Shown piece by piece: positions 9,413 to 18,990 of a stretch of 26,857 bases of DNA. The stretch covers positions 1-26,857 of IMG/VR virus record IMGVR_UViG_3300020045_002346. The stretch is one strand, 5' to 3'. The notes under the pieces are model-generated. The model was not told where the DNA came from. It saw nothing but the letters and a program-made list of their open reading frames with translations, and ran no database searches. This stretch comes from a virus. Taxonomy: Duplodnaviria > Caudoviricetes. The translations under genes were made by a program, and so were the position numbers. The stretch's first letter is position 1; every line of letters begins with the position of its first letter.

Positions 9413-9705
9413 ATTACCTTAAGCAACCGCATCTGCTCGATTGTAAACAGCGCATTATACTGGTCACACGGAACGGCGATTAGCTCTAGTAGTTGATCGC
9501 CGTATGTTTTCGCGATAGCGTCAGCGTACCGCTTCACGTCTTCTTGCTTGACGGCTTCGGCATAGTATCCGTGTTCGTTAAGCTTCACGCCTTTAGTGCC
9601 ATCGTCATAAAACCAGTAGCACTTGTCGCTGTGCTTTATGTGCGCGTGCAGATAGCAGCGTGGCGGCTCGTCTCTTTTGGGCGGCGGTCCAAATACTAGA
9701 AACAT
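9409..9705 (-). CDS. Hypothetical protein, last gene of the minus-strand arm
   Basis: Starts 10 nt after the primase stop with a purine-rich RBS; stop overlaps the convergent gene's stop. Confidence 0.6.
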   Translation of the reverse strand: MFLVFGPPPKRDEPPRCYLHAHIKHSDKCYWFYDDGTKGVKLNEHGYYAEAVKQEDVKRYADAIAKTYGDQLLELIAVPCDQYNALFTIEQMRLLKVI

Positions 9706-9715
9706 TATCCCGTTC

Positions 9716-11683
9716 CTATTTTAGCGTTACGATTAGGTTACTACGTACGTCGTCTCCGTCCTTATGAACATGGATCAAGTTGCCACGTACGTCAACGGGC
9801 GTCGAGAACATTTCTATCAATTTGTTTTTAATCTCGGTGTCTTTCTTATTCGCCATGATAGGCTCATTCGCTTTCATCACTTGTACGGCTTGGTTAATAC
9901 CCATGGAACCCGACGTGTTGGCCTGCATAGTTTGTACAAGAATGTCAGCCATGCGTAAACGAAGCTGCGTCGTACCCTTCGTAAGTTCCTGCGCGTGCAG
10001 CACGCCTACTAGATCGCCCGACGATATCTTTACACCGACCTTACGGAACCAAGCAGGCGTTGCGCTCTTAAGCGACAGGTTCATTTTCGCATCGTCAAAG
10101 CGAACCCACGTATGGCGCTCACCATCCTGCATATCATAGTTCTCAACGTCATCTTGTGAAGCGTCCATGAGCGTAAAGGCTGCACGGCACTTGTTGACGA
10201 TACCGGACGAACCACGGAACGTATCGGCGTTCCCCACGCGGTTCTCTTGCCGCTCACTTCCGCCCTTCGACGTGTGGTGCATAAGCAATACGGCCACGTT
10301 GGCGCGCTTGGCTATGTCCTGTGTCACGCGCATGACGTTGTTCATGGCCGTACTATCACTTTCGTCACAGTCATGCAAGTCTACGAGCGGGTCAAGCAGG
10401 AGCATCCCGACGTTCGGACCTTCCGTGCATAGCTCGACAAGCTGATTAATCATCGGCTCATTGCGAATGTACTTCCTGCCTTCCATTGCAACTAGCTTAA
10501 TGTCCGCTTCCTCATACGACAGAAGCATGATGCGTTGCTTGACGGCGTTGTAGTCCAGCGCGTACGTCTGGCATATAGCGATAAGGCGTCTCGACTGTTC
10601 TTCTACTTCGTCTTCGCCGTTGAACACTATCGAGCTAAACGCCTCCAGGACTTCGAACCCGGCGAAGCTCTTACCGACCGCGCCATGCGCAGCGATCGCT
10701 AGACCGAGTGTGGACTTTCCCGCCGATCCGGACGCCCCGACAATAGACGGCTTGCCCCTCATAAGCAGGCGTTGGATAAGCCAGGGGCGCGGCCTGATCG
10801 CAGCCGGGAGCATGGCATTGCCCCATGACACGCCGGATTGCTCAAAGACAGACGGGGGTGGGGCTACGTTGATGTTGGCGAACACAAGTGAAGGATCTTG
10901 CCGTCCAAGCTCTGCGGTCGCGTAGGAGGCCGCGTTCTCGACCTTGAACGCCAGTTCGTCCGGAAGCCATGGCGGCTCGCATCGGTCGTTCCAGTGTTCA
11001 AGCATAAGCTCCAGGGCTTTACCGGGGGAGAGGGCGTATTCTCGGACTAGCCGAGCGGCCACCTGGAATGTGTGATCGTCGCCGCGATTACCCTCGACGG
11101 CGGGCGCTACGCTTTGGAGAAAGTTTATCCCCGCCTGTACGCTGGCCTCATTGTCGTTACTGTCATGCGTACTTTCCTTCCGGCTATACGGAGGGCGCAA
11201 CAGTTTATCGACGGCAAGCGGAACCCATTCCGGTTCTCTGTCCGTTACGACTTCGTAGGCAATACCATCGATAGTGCTTCCAGGTCCGACCACGTATCCG
11301 TGGTGTGATCGTATGTCAACCGCCTTACTGATAGGCGCGTTTGAACTGTCCGGTCCTTCAAAGTAGCAATGATAACCACCTGTCGGCGTTCGGACGACAA
11401 GTGTGTCATAGTTACCGCCAAGCGCGATGTACTCATTATGTCCGTCCTTCCCCTCTTTAATATCTACGTCTACGACTACCCTATCAGTGCAATCAACACC
11501 AATATTATAGTCGTATATACCACCGACGACAGGCATAACCCACATAGAACGAATAGCAATAGGATCGACGGTCGCATGGTCGTACCACCTTTCAGAGTGT
11601 ACGGGTTCTTTGGAATTGGAATGCAGGGGGAATACACGAAAACCTCTTGCCGCCCAATCCAGCGCAGCTTGAAGTTTATTCAC
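9716..11683 (-). CDS. Bifunctional primase/polymerase (Prim-Pol) fused to AAA_25/RepA-like helicase
   Basis: N-terminal GFRVFPL, NIGV, VVDVD, TPTGGYHCYF, DIR...GYVVGPGS; PriCT-like middle; Walker A GASGSAGKS, Walker B LLLDP, LMHHTSK, RGSS. Confidence 0.92.
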   Translation of the reverse strand: MNKLQAALDWAARGFRVFPLHSNSKEPVHSERWYDHATVDPIAIRSMWVMPVVGGIYDYNIGVDCTDRVVVDVDIKEGKDGHNEYIALGGNYDTLVVRTPTGGYHCYFEGPDSSNAPISKAVDIRSHHGYVVGPGSTIDGIAYEVVTDREPEWVPLAVDKLLRPPYSRKESTHDSNDNEASVQAGINFLQSVAPAVEGNRGDDHTFQVAARLVREYALSPGKALELMLEHWNDRCEPPWLPDELAFKVENAASYATAELGRQDPSLVFANINVAPPPSVFEQSGVSWGNAMLPAAIRPRPWLIQRLLMRGKPSIVGASGSAGKSTLGLAIAAHGAVGKSFAGFEVLEAFSSIVFNGEDEVEEQSRRLIAICQTYALDYNAVKQRIMLLSYEEADIKLVAMEGRKYIRNEPMINQLVELCTEGPNVGMLLLDPLVDLHDCDESDSTAMNNVMRVTQDIAKRANVAVLLMHHTSKGGSERQENRVGNADTFRGSSGIVNKCRAAFTLMDASQDDVENYDMQDGERHTWVRFDDAKMNLSLKSATPAWFRKVGVKISSGDLVGVLHAQELTKGTTQLRLRMADILVQTMQANTSGSMGINQAVQVMKANEPIMANKKDTEIKNKLIEMFSTPVDVRGNLIHVHKDGDDVRSNLIVTLK

Positions 11684-11936
11684 TCGCGTTAACTTTCGAA
11701 GTGAGACGATATGTCCCTTTGAGTTGCCCCGGAATGATACGCTGCGCGTCGAGCTTCGCGTTAATACGTGCGATCACAGCGCCTAGTCTTTGCTGCATAC
11801 GGCGTCGGGTATACAAGTTACCGCTTGAGGCAGTGAAGCGTTCGAACATACGGCGGATAGGTACGTCCTTTTCTTCCCGCTCCAGGAGCAAGTCAAAAAG
11901 GTTCTGTTCACGTTCGGATAGAGGTTTACTTGACAT
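11676..11936 (-). CDS. Small putative winged-helix DNA-binding protein
   Basis: LSEREQNLFDLL...IARINAKL...IIPG...GTYRL resembles an OmpR-type wHTH; basic; overlaps both neighbours. Confidence 0.5.
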   Translation of the reverse strand: MSSKPLSEREQNLFDLLLEREEKDVPIRRMFERFTASSGNLYTRRRMQQRLGAVIARINAKLDAQRIIPGQLKGTYRLTSKVNASE

Positions 11937-14085
11937 AACGCGTGTCTTCCCATGCCGCCACGGCGATTGGCAGTCCGTCGTATTCTCCCGACAGGATAGA
12001 CATAACGTCGCTGAAACGTTCAGGCGTTGCGTCCGTATCCCACTCGGGGGGTTCCGTTAGAATTTCATCGTGGACGGTAAGGACGACGGGAAACCCGGCT
12101 TCCTCGACGCGGAACATAGCGTCCACCATGATATCGCATGACGTGGCCTGTACAACGTTTTCACACTGGAGGCCACCATATAAATTCTGTCTTGTCCACT
12201 GTTTTGTTTTGCTATCAGTTCCCCAAAAGAAAACAGTCTGCTTAGTCCGTTCGTATGGTCCGTGCTTACCTTGAAGAACTTGGATTGTTGTTTCCAGTTC
12301 AGGAGCCGAATAGCAAAGCATACGCCCTGACGGAAGTATACACCACAATGCGCGCTGATCTGAGTAGTAGCTTACCCGTCCGTGCGCCGTAGCGACGACA
12401 GTTCCGGGAGCGCTTACCGCTTGTATCGCTGCGTCCTGATAGTCCCACCACTGCTGAACAATGGCAGGGTGCGCGGTTCTCCAATTGTCGACAATGATAC
12501 GCAATGCCGTCCAGACGTGCGACGGCATCCCCGCTTTGGAAGTTGCGCTTTCGTACTTCGCTTCCGTATCGTCCCATTGTTTAGGCGACGTGTTGGCTTT
12601 TACAGGAGCGTAAAGGTCAAAAGGGTTAACACCGTAATTGTCGCCCATGCTGATAAATGCGGGCGGTCCGCCCTGATACCCCAGCGCAAGTTCTTGTACC
12701 TTTCCGATCTGTCGTTTCTGACCCTTGCCAACACTTTCGACGTCAACCCCAAACGATCTCGCGTACGCAAGCTTATACAAGTCCGCTCCGACCCCGTTAT
12801 CGTAATCACGGAACGCTTGAATTTTCCAAGTCTCCCCCGCAAGCCATGCGTTAACGCGCCCTTCGATGTTCGCAAAGTCGCCTCCTATTAGTTTGTTACC
12901 CGGTCCGGCGATAATCATAGAGCGCAACGCCTTTGACAAAAGCGTCATAGGTTCAAGCGGTCCGTACACGGCGTCTATGTTTTCGTATATTTCTTTTATG
13001 TCTAAGTCGCCGCCTAGCATTTCGTGCAGCCATTCGATCTTGGCCGCTAAGTATTTATCGTCCGGATCGACACGCGGGAAGTTCTGCGGCTGGATAAGCC
13101 TCCCGCCCCACCGTCCAGTAGACGCAGCGTGGAAGGCCAGGAGGGCGCGGGCGCGGTCGTCAGCGCAGACGCATTGCGTCATGGATGCGTACTTAGCCGT
13201 TGACGTCTTAGATGATGCACGCCTTAGCTCGATAACGCTCTTGGCAACAAAGTTCTGTGTCGTGTCCGCGATGAATATCAAATCGTCCTGATCGCCCTTG
13301 CGGAGACTGTCTGTCTCTACGCCGTTCGCGTTCAGGAACGTAATGATCTTGCCGACGTTTGTACACTTCGGAACCTCACGGTTCGTCAAGGTACGCATCG
13401 TCTTGTCAGCTTCTTTCTTCGCCAGTTCAACTAGACTTGCAATCTTTCGGACCGCAGGCATGTCAAGACAGATACCCCGTTCGTTAATCGTCTGGTCAAA
13501 TCTCCAGACGTCTTGCCAGCGCGGCGACAAGACAGGTATCATTTCGTCAATGTCCGTTTCAGTGTAAACGTCCATGTCGCAGTATTGCATGTTACGGTCG
13601 ATTAGCGCGGGTTCGTCCCACCACGTAATCGTTCCGTCCTCATTGTATCTGCGCGGCTTAGCCATTTTGAGCATGATGGCGTGGCCTTCACGATCCTTAC
13701 GGTTCTTCGTCTCCAGCACGTCGCATAGACGTTGAAGTTCCATAGGGTGCGCGATAGCCGCAGCGCGCGCCATCGTGCAGTCTTGTTGCTGAATAGTGAT
13801 TGAAGGCCAATGCGGGTATATTTTCCGGATTATTCGGTTCCAGATCGTACGTTCAAACCCCGCATTGTGCGCAACAACCTTACCGCCCATTCGGATATGA
13901 TACAGGAGCGCCGTAGGGTCCGCGTAACCTGGACGCCATTGCTTCACAGCGTCCGTATTACCTATGCGCCAGGAGAAGCCCCATACCCACGTGTTAGGGC
14001 TTTCCACGTAGCGATATAAACCCGCTTTCTTTAGGTCTACATCACTACGCGTTTCGAAATCCAAATGAGCGGCAAGTTCTGACAC
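11926..14085 (-). CDS. DNA polymerase family A with 3'-5' exonuclease (APSE-like phage type)
   Basis: Exonuclease motifs LDFETRS, AHNAGFER, YCDMD; TGRW...QPQNFPR; motif A DFANIEGRV; motif B RQIGKVQELALGYQGG; motif C TVHDEI. Confidence 0.96.
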   Translation of the reverse strand: MSELAAHLDFETRSDVDLKKAGLYRYVESPNTWVWGFSWRIGNTDAVKQWRPGYADPTALLYHIRMGGKVVAHNAGFERTIWNRIIRKIYPHWPSITIQQQDCTMARAAAIAHPMELQRLCDVLETKNRKDREGHAIMLKMAKPRRYNEDGTITWWDEPALIDRNMQYCDMDVYTETDIDEMIPVLSPRWQDVWRFDQTINERGICLDMPAVRKIASLVELAKKEADKTMRTLTNREVPKCTNVGKIITFLNANGVETDSLRKGDQDDLIFIADTTQNFVAKSVIELRRASSKTSTAKYASMTQCVCADDRARALLAFHAASTGRWGGRLIQPQNFPRVDPDDKYLAAKIEWLHEMLGGDLDIKEIYENIDAVYGPLEPMTLLSKALRSMIIAGPGNKLIGGDFANIEGRVNAWLAGETWKIQAFRDYDNGVGADLYKLAYARSFGVDVESVGKGQKRQIGKVQELALGYQGGPPAFISMGDNYGVNPFDLYAPVKANTSPKQWDDTEAKYESATSKAGMPSHVWTALRIIVDNWRTAHPAIVQQWWDYQDAAIQAVSAPGTVVATAHGRVSYYSDQRALWCILPSGRMLCYSAPELETTIQVLQGKHGPYERTKQTVFFWGTDSKTKQWTRQNLYGGLQCENVVQATSCDIMVDAMFRVEEAGFPVVLTVHDEILTEPPEWDTDATPERFSDVMSILSGEYDGLPIAVAAWEDTRYVK

Positions 14086-14088
14086 AGG

Positions 14089-14940
14089 TCAGCCGCCCAT
14101 CATTTCGCGCATAAGCCGGTCGTCTTCGCTTTCCTCCGCGCCCATAGGAGCGGAAGGAACAGGCGGCATAACGGACGGCGAGGGCGCTCCAGGCGCGGCA
14201 ACGCGTGTTTGCGGTACTGGAGGGCCGGAAGGGGCAGGAGCCGCGCCGTTGGGGCCTGGGCGCACCGCGCCAAGCTCGGGACGGGTGATAGGAGCCGCTA
14301 CCTTCCCGGCGATACCCTTGAACGTCTGCGAAGGGTCAGCGCCGCCACCGCTCAACGGCTTGTCGTCACCGATAATCATAACGTTCTGAAGGCCGAACCG
14401 AACGCCGCGTGTGCGATTGTCCGTATTCGGGTAAGCGTTCACGGAGCAGATAGCCCATACGCCCGCGTACACTTTGCTCTTATCGACAATCGGATTACCC
14501 CGGCTATCGACAACGGACGGTTTGAACTTCGTACTGACGGTCATAAAGATACCGCCAGGAGTGTAGCCGCCGAACTTGAGCTTTTCGGCTTGCTGACGGA
14601 ACGGCGAATGCAGTCCGTAGTATTGCTGCGACTGTGCGTCATAGTATTCCGCGAAGGACGATGCACACACCTTGTAATAGTCCTCGTAGAACAACGAGAA
14701 ATCTACGTACGGTTCGGGCGGGAACAGGATAGACGTTCCGTACTTCGGGTTCGCGTTCTGTGCGGTTGGCTGCGGAAGGTCGAACAGTCCGTCGCACCAC
14801 GACAGGCGCACAAGCCCTGTCAAGATATCCTGCGTCGGTTGGCCTTGCTCGTTTAGAACGCGCTGCACGGGCGCAAGCTGCGTCATCTGTTGTATCCATG
14901 CATCGCCTACGATGCTGTCACGTACGATAGTCGTTGTCAT
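14089..14940 (-). CDS. Single-stranded DNA-binding protein, DUF2815/gp2.5-like
   Basis: VRLSW..LF, KYGTSILFP, KPSVVD, VYAGVW, GVRFGLQNV..GDDKPLSGG; acidic C-terminus; DUF2800-DUF2815-PolA synteny. Confidence 0.85.
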   Translation of the reverse strand: MTTTIVRDSIVGDAWIQQMTQLAPVQRVLNEQGQPTQDILTGLVRLSWCDGLFDLPQPTAQNANPKYGTSILFPPEPYVDFSLFYEDYYKVCASSFAEYYDAQSQQYYGLHSPFRQQAEKLKFGGYTPGGIFMTVSTKFKPSVVDSRGNPIVDKSKVYAGVWAICSVNAYPNTDNRTRGVRFGLQNVMIIGDDKPLSGGGADPSQTFKGIAGKVAAPITRPELGAVRPGPNGAAPAPSGPPVPQTRVAAPGAPSPSVMPPVPSAPMGAEESEDDRLMREMMGG

Positions 14941-16274
14941 TGTTCTGGTTCCTGGTTATCTGCCATCTGCGGCGGGTGGATCATCTGGCTAATTTGAGCA
15001 AAGGCGCGGCTTGCCAGATTTACAGCCGGTCTAGGATCAGTCTCGACTGTCAAGACTGTATTACCTGTACGTTCCTTTGTGGTCAAGAACGCAAATGCGT
15101 GTCGTGCGTCTTCTGCGGCTTGTTTCTTTTTACCCTTACCTACCCGGTTCTTGAACGCTTCGACTACCATCTTTTCCGCAGTCGTGATGTTAACCGGCTT
15201 GATAGTAAACATTTCGGTAATAGGCAATCCGGACAATGCGGCCAGCTTGAACGCAATCTCGTCTTCCGTACCGTGCCATTGTCTGCGCGGTTCTGTCTCT
15301 ACGATCTTTGTACCCGGAACGTATATTCCCGCGCGGTTAAGCTCCATGATATGTTCCTCTACGTCAGCAAGGAATTTCTTAAGCATAGGCGCAGCGTTGT
15401 ATATGTAGCCAAGCCGCGCAACATCGATTGAATGCGGGTGCGGAATGTCGATCTGCTTGACGTCCATGATCTGCTTAAACTGAGAACTGGCGACTTGCAA
15501 GCCCATGGCCTCGCGGGCAGGACAGACGGTATTCGCATCGCAGAACCGGCATTGATCTTCGCCCGGTACAAGAGGGGCGTGAGGGTCTTGAGCGGCTAGA
15601 ACCTCATCGTTAATCTCTTCAATCGAGTTGTATATCTCGTAGGGTAAAACGACTTCCTCACGTATCGCTCCGTCCTTATGGAACGCACGCGGCTGAATAA
15701 TACACTCGGTTACAGTGTCTACGCCCTCGACGTCGATAATGGGCGGATCACCGAACAGTACGCCCGTCGAGTATTGCCGTACCTGCGGATTGTTCTTGAC
15801 GTCCTTTGCTACGCCTGCGCCGTGCTTATAGTCGATTATGTACGCGTGGCGAATGGACGGAATGTAAATGACGATATCACAATACCCGTCGCCTTCTCCT
15901 GGAGCGGCGTCAAGCGGAACGTACACATAGTTTTCTATGTGCATCGCCGCGTCGGGGTATTCGTCAAGGATAGCGTAAATGTGATTAAGCGCGATCTGAA
16001 TGGACAAATAGAAGTTATTGCCTATTCCGTCGTCAAGCTTTTCCGCACGTAGGTCCGTGAACTCACGGTGCGCTTGCATCGCTCTACGTACGTTGTTTCT
16101 AAGCGCAGCCTCTAGGATCGTATGCGCTTTCGTGCCTTCAACTGCGTAAGGGCTTGACGGACGGGCAGGAACCTTTGCGAGAAGGTTATCAGAGCCGGGG
16201 CAAAGCTTACGCCGTTCCCGCTGCGACGGTGAATACCTTCTGTGTGAGCGTTCCTGTCCGTCCGTCATTGTCAT
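14937..16274 (-). CDS. DUF2800 family PD-(D/E)xK (Cas4-like) nuclease
   Basis: YSPS...CPGS, GTKAH, GYCD, IIDYKHGAG, IIQPR, QCRFC...CP (1+3 Cys pattern). Confidence 0.88.
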   Translation of the reverse strand: MTMTDGQERSHRRYSPSQRERRKLCPGSDNLLAKVPARPSSPYAVEGTKAHTILEAALRNNVRRAMQAHREFTDLRAEKLDDGIGNNFYLSIQIALNHIYAILDEYPDAAMHIENYVYVPLDAAPGEGDGYCDIVIYIPSIRHAYIIDYKHGAGVAKDVKNNPQVRQYSTGVLFGDPPIIDVEGVDTVTECIIQPRAFHKDGAIREEVVLPYEIYNSIEEINDEVLAAQDPHAPLVPGEDQCRFCDANTVCPAREAMGLQVASSQFKQIMDVKQIDIPHPHSIDVARLGYIYNAAPMLKKFLADVEEHIMELNRAGIYVPGTKIVETEPRRQWHGTEDEIAFKLAALSGLPITEMFTIKPVNITTAEKMVVEAFKNRVGKGKKKQAAEDARHAFAFLTTKERTGNTVLTVETDPRPAVNLASRAFAQISQMIHPPQMADNQEPEQ

Positions 16275-16278
16275 GCCC

Positions 16279-16794
16279 TTAGACTGCGAACCACGCGGAT
16301 ACTTCCTGGTACATGTCGGCGGGAATGTTGTTCACACCTGTCCAGTTGGCCGCATCGGCACGTCCAGCCGCAACATACGCAGCGGCCAACTCGGTGAACC
16401 GAGCCTTAGTTGCTTTGGGGTTCGTCGCCTTTGCGTATGCCTGGACCATCTGACCGAGCGCGGTTTGCGTCATCCCACCGTTAGCAGGGGCAGGGGCAGT
16501 TGTCGGCGCAGGGGCCGCTACAGGCGCTGCCGGTGACGGGGCAGGGCTTGGCGCGTTTGGGGCTGGAGCGCTAGGAGCCGGGGCGACGGGGGCGGGCGAT
16601 GACGCAACGGCGGGCGTTGGGGCCGCAGGCGTCGGGGATTGGACAGGGGCGGGTGCTGCCGTAGCTGGCGTCGATGGGGCAGACGTAGGGGCGTTTCCCT
16701 CTCCTGCTTTCGGCTTGAAGGCATTCAGCACTTTGTACGCATCGCTGAACGTCTGCGGATCGGTAGTTTCGAGTTCAAGGATAATCTTTGTCAT
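16279..16794 (-). CDS. Hypothetical protein with long Pro/Ala linker
   Basis: GGAG RBS; about 70 aa Pro/Ala/Ser/Thr tract between small N- and C-terminal domains; lies directly upstream of DUF2800. Confidence 0.8.
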   Translation of the reverse strand: MTKIILELETTDPQTFSDAYKVLNAFKPKAGEGNAPTSAPSTPATAAPAPVQSPTPAAPTPAVASSPAPVAPAPSAPAPNAPSPAPSPAAPVAAPAPTTAPAPANGGMTQTALGQMVQAYAKATNPKATKARFTELAAAYVAAGRADAANWTGVNNIPADMYQEVSAWFAV

Positions 16795-16835
16795 GTCGTT
16801 CTCCGTTTGGCGATAACTTGTTTAGCCTCACTGGC

Positions 16836-18197
16836 TTAGGACGTCAAGGGTGCAGCCGCCATACTGTGTCCCTCAATTTCGGCAATTGCAGCGGTCTTGC
16901 CCGCTACGATCTTATTGACACTTTCGTCTATGCTGTCTGCTAGAGTTATGAACCGTGCGCGTACTGTCTGCGTTTGACCGTATCGATGTACACGTTTGAT
17001 TGCCTGTGCGTTACCGGCTGGCGACCAATCACTTTCCAACATGTCTATTTCACAGCTTTCCGTAAGCGTCAAGCCAACCCCGGCGACTTTGATATTACCG
17101 ACGAAGACTTGGCAACTTGGATCATTCATAAACGACGTTACGGCGTCTTGTCTATCTTTTTCTTTTGTATCTCCGTACGCAGTGACAACACTGTACCCGT
17201 GCTTACGCAGATAAGCCGCTACGTATAGCAAAGGTTCCGTGTGATGGCAAAACACGACGCGCTTTCCGGCTCCAGCGTCAAGTTCCGCTTTCAGCATTTG
17301 CGCATAGGGAACAGCCTTGGCCTTACCGACTAATCGTCTTACCATCGCAATGTGAGCGGCGTTCAGGATATCGATATTACCTGTCTCGATAGCCTCAATA
17401 ATAATTTGCTCAACATGCGGATAGTTTGCAAGCGCTTCCTGGATATCGATTGTGTCACCCTCGATAATCAATTCCGTCAGGAAGATCGGGGGCAGATACA
17501 TTCCGACGTCATGGTGTGTACGACGAATAGAATTGTTCCGGAGCATAGCGGCAAGCACGGAGGCCATGTGAGGCTTGACAGTGTGCCGAAAGCCGTACGT
17601 CGTGGTCGTCTTCTCGAAAAAGTATTTGACGAACTCTTTGCTTTCCATCCCGTCCAGTGCCTTAGCGAACTGGAGGAACGTATAGTAGTCGAGCGGATCG
17701 TTTGAAGCTGGCGTACCTGTGACGTGCCAAGCGTGTTCAGCGTAATGGACAAGGCTATCCGTGTCACACATAGCGCCCTTACCTAAGAGCGCCGTGGACC
17801 GTCCAGACATTTCGTTCTTGAGGTAGTGCGCTTCATCAAAGGCGATGAAGTCAATGTACTCTTTGTTCTTGTGGATATGAGGCATCCACTTTGTCGCGTG
17901 TTCATAGCTCATAACCAGAACGTCAAAGCGGTTCCGTTGCCACGCCACGAAGTCATGTACGTTCTTTGCCTTGCATAGTTTCAGGTCATACGTCGAGAAC
18001 TTTTTGAACTCTTTAATCCAGTTCTCACGTAGCATCGCAGGGCATACAATTACGCCACGCGATGCGAGAATACGGTTTATCGCCCCTATTGTCGTGGCCG
18101 TTTTACCGATACCCATTTCGTCGTGAAGTCCGTAGCGGTCACGCGACGACATGACGTCTGACGCTTCCGCCTGGAAGCCAAAAAGTTCAAGCGTCAT
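16836..18197 (-). CDS. SNF2-family (SF2) helicase
   Basis: DEMGIGKT, VCPA, DEAH, TGTP, GVGLTLT, QAIKRVHRYGQ. Confidence 0.93.
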   Translation of the reverse strand: MTLELFGFQAEASDVMSSRDRYGLHDEMGIGKTATTIGAINRILASRGVIVCPAMLRENWIKEFKKFSTYDLKLCKAKNVHDFVAWQRNRFDVLVMSYEHATKWMPHIHKNKEYIDFIAFDEAHYLKNEMSGRSTALLGKGAMCDTDSLVHYAEHAWHVTGTPASNDPLDYYTFLQFAKALDGMESKEFVKYFFEKTTTTYGFRHTVKPHMASVLAAMLRNNSIRRTHHDVGMYLPPIFLTELIIEGDTIDIQEALANYPHVEQIIIEAIETGNIDILNAAHIAMVRRLVGKAKAVPYAQMLKAELDAGAGKRVVFCHHTEPLLYVAAYLRKHGYSVVTAYGDTKEKDRQDAVTSFMNDPSCQVFVGNIKVAGVGLTLTESCEIDMLESDWSPAGNAQAIKRVHRYGQTQTVRARFITLADSIDESVNKIVAGKTAAIAEIEGHSMAAAPLTS

Positions 18198-18409
18198 TTT
18201 CTGTCAGCCATGTCGGCATATTCGGATATATCGAGAACTGATATGTCAAAATACACCGAACGATCCACCCCGCTACGCTGGTAGGTAACATCCTTCACCC
18301 TAACGATTGGATAATCCGTTATGCGTTGGTACTCACTTGGCGAGACGTCAAGTTCAAGTATTCTGTCCGGTAAAAGACCTTTAACGTGTTTCGCAAGAGT
18401 TATTATCAT
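18194..18409 (-). CDS. Hypothetical protein
   Basis: AGGAGG RBS favours ATG at 18409; ATGA overlap with the helicase. Confidence 0.6.
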   Translation of the reverse strand: MIITLAKHVKGLLPDRILELDVSPSEYQRITDYPIVRVKDVTYQRSGVDRSVYFDISVLDISEYADMADRK

Positions 18410-18605
18410 CTTCAATCCTCCTAGCCAAAATTAACAAAGCGTCGGCAAGCGCTTTGACGTCATGTTCTCTCACGATTAGGAGAGAACCGTTTGTCTTGTG
18501 CTTTATGCCGACGCTTCCGTTTAGGAACGGTCTTATAAACCTGACGGGGTATCCGGGTTCATTGTCTTGGGGTTCCAGGCTACCGACGTCGATAGGTTTT
18601 TGCAC
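18381..18605 (-). CDS. Hypothetical protein
   Basis: Fills a gap in the operon; GTG start with weak RBS; overlaps both neighbours. Confidence 0.45.
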   Translation of the reverse strand: MQKPIDVGSLEPQDNEPGYPVRFIRPFLNGSVGIKHKTNGSLLIVREHDVKALADALLILARRIEDDNNSCETR

Positions 18606-18787
18606 GCTGCGAACCTATAGTTCAAATCTGCCTCAAAGTCTGCACGTCGAGCAACCGGAACGTTTGTCAGGATTAGCTCATACGGATACGGAACATATGC
18701 GGCCAGCAATCTATCCGCAGCGACGTCACCGCCATACTGTATCGTTCTGTAAACCGCCATCTTAGACGGTACATCATCCCACGCCAT
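18533..18787 (-). CDS. Hypothetical protein
   Basis: ATG 1 nt after the upstream stop; 73 nt overlap with the next ORF. Confidence 0.5.
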   Translation of the reverse strand: MAWDDVPSKMAVYRTIQYGGDVAADRLLAAYVPYPYELILTNVPVARRADFEADLNYRFAACKNLSTSVAWNPKTMNPDTPSGL

Positions 18788-18788
18788 A

Positions 18789-18989
18789 TTACACCGCTAT
18801 CGATTTTGTTACGATCTGTTCGCATGTCGGGCACGTAGCCTGACGGTAATTACCCTCGCGTTCGTCCCGAACAAGGACGTAATCAGGCGGCGTTGCCGTG
18901 AATTCGCACATGCAGTTACGGCAATTGAAAGTTACTGACGTATCTTCCTTCTTTTCTCGATGACCTTGTTTAAGAATCGTGATTGTCAC
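18789..18989 (-). CDS. Small zinc-ribbon protein
   Basis: CRNC...CPTC; AGGAG RBS before GTG. Confidence 0.7.
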   Translation of the reverse strand: MTITILKQGHREKKEDTSVTFNCRNCMCEFTATPPDYVLVRDEREGNYRQATCPTCEQIVTKSIAV

Positions 18990-18990
18990 A

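Noticed and set aside
14937-16274. Cas4-like nuclease as a sign of a CRISPR system, with the early repeats as a mini-array
   Set aside because: DUF2800 is a normal partner of DUF2815 and PolA in phages. The repeats are irregularly spaced and separated by whole genes, not constant-length spacers.
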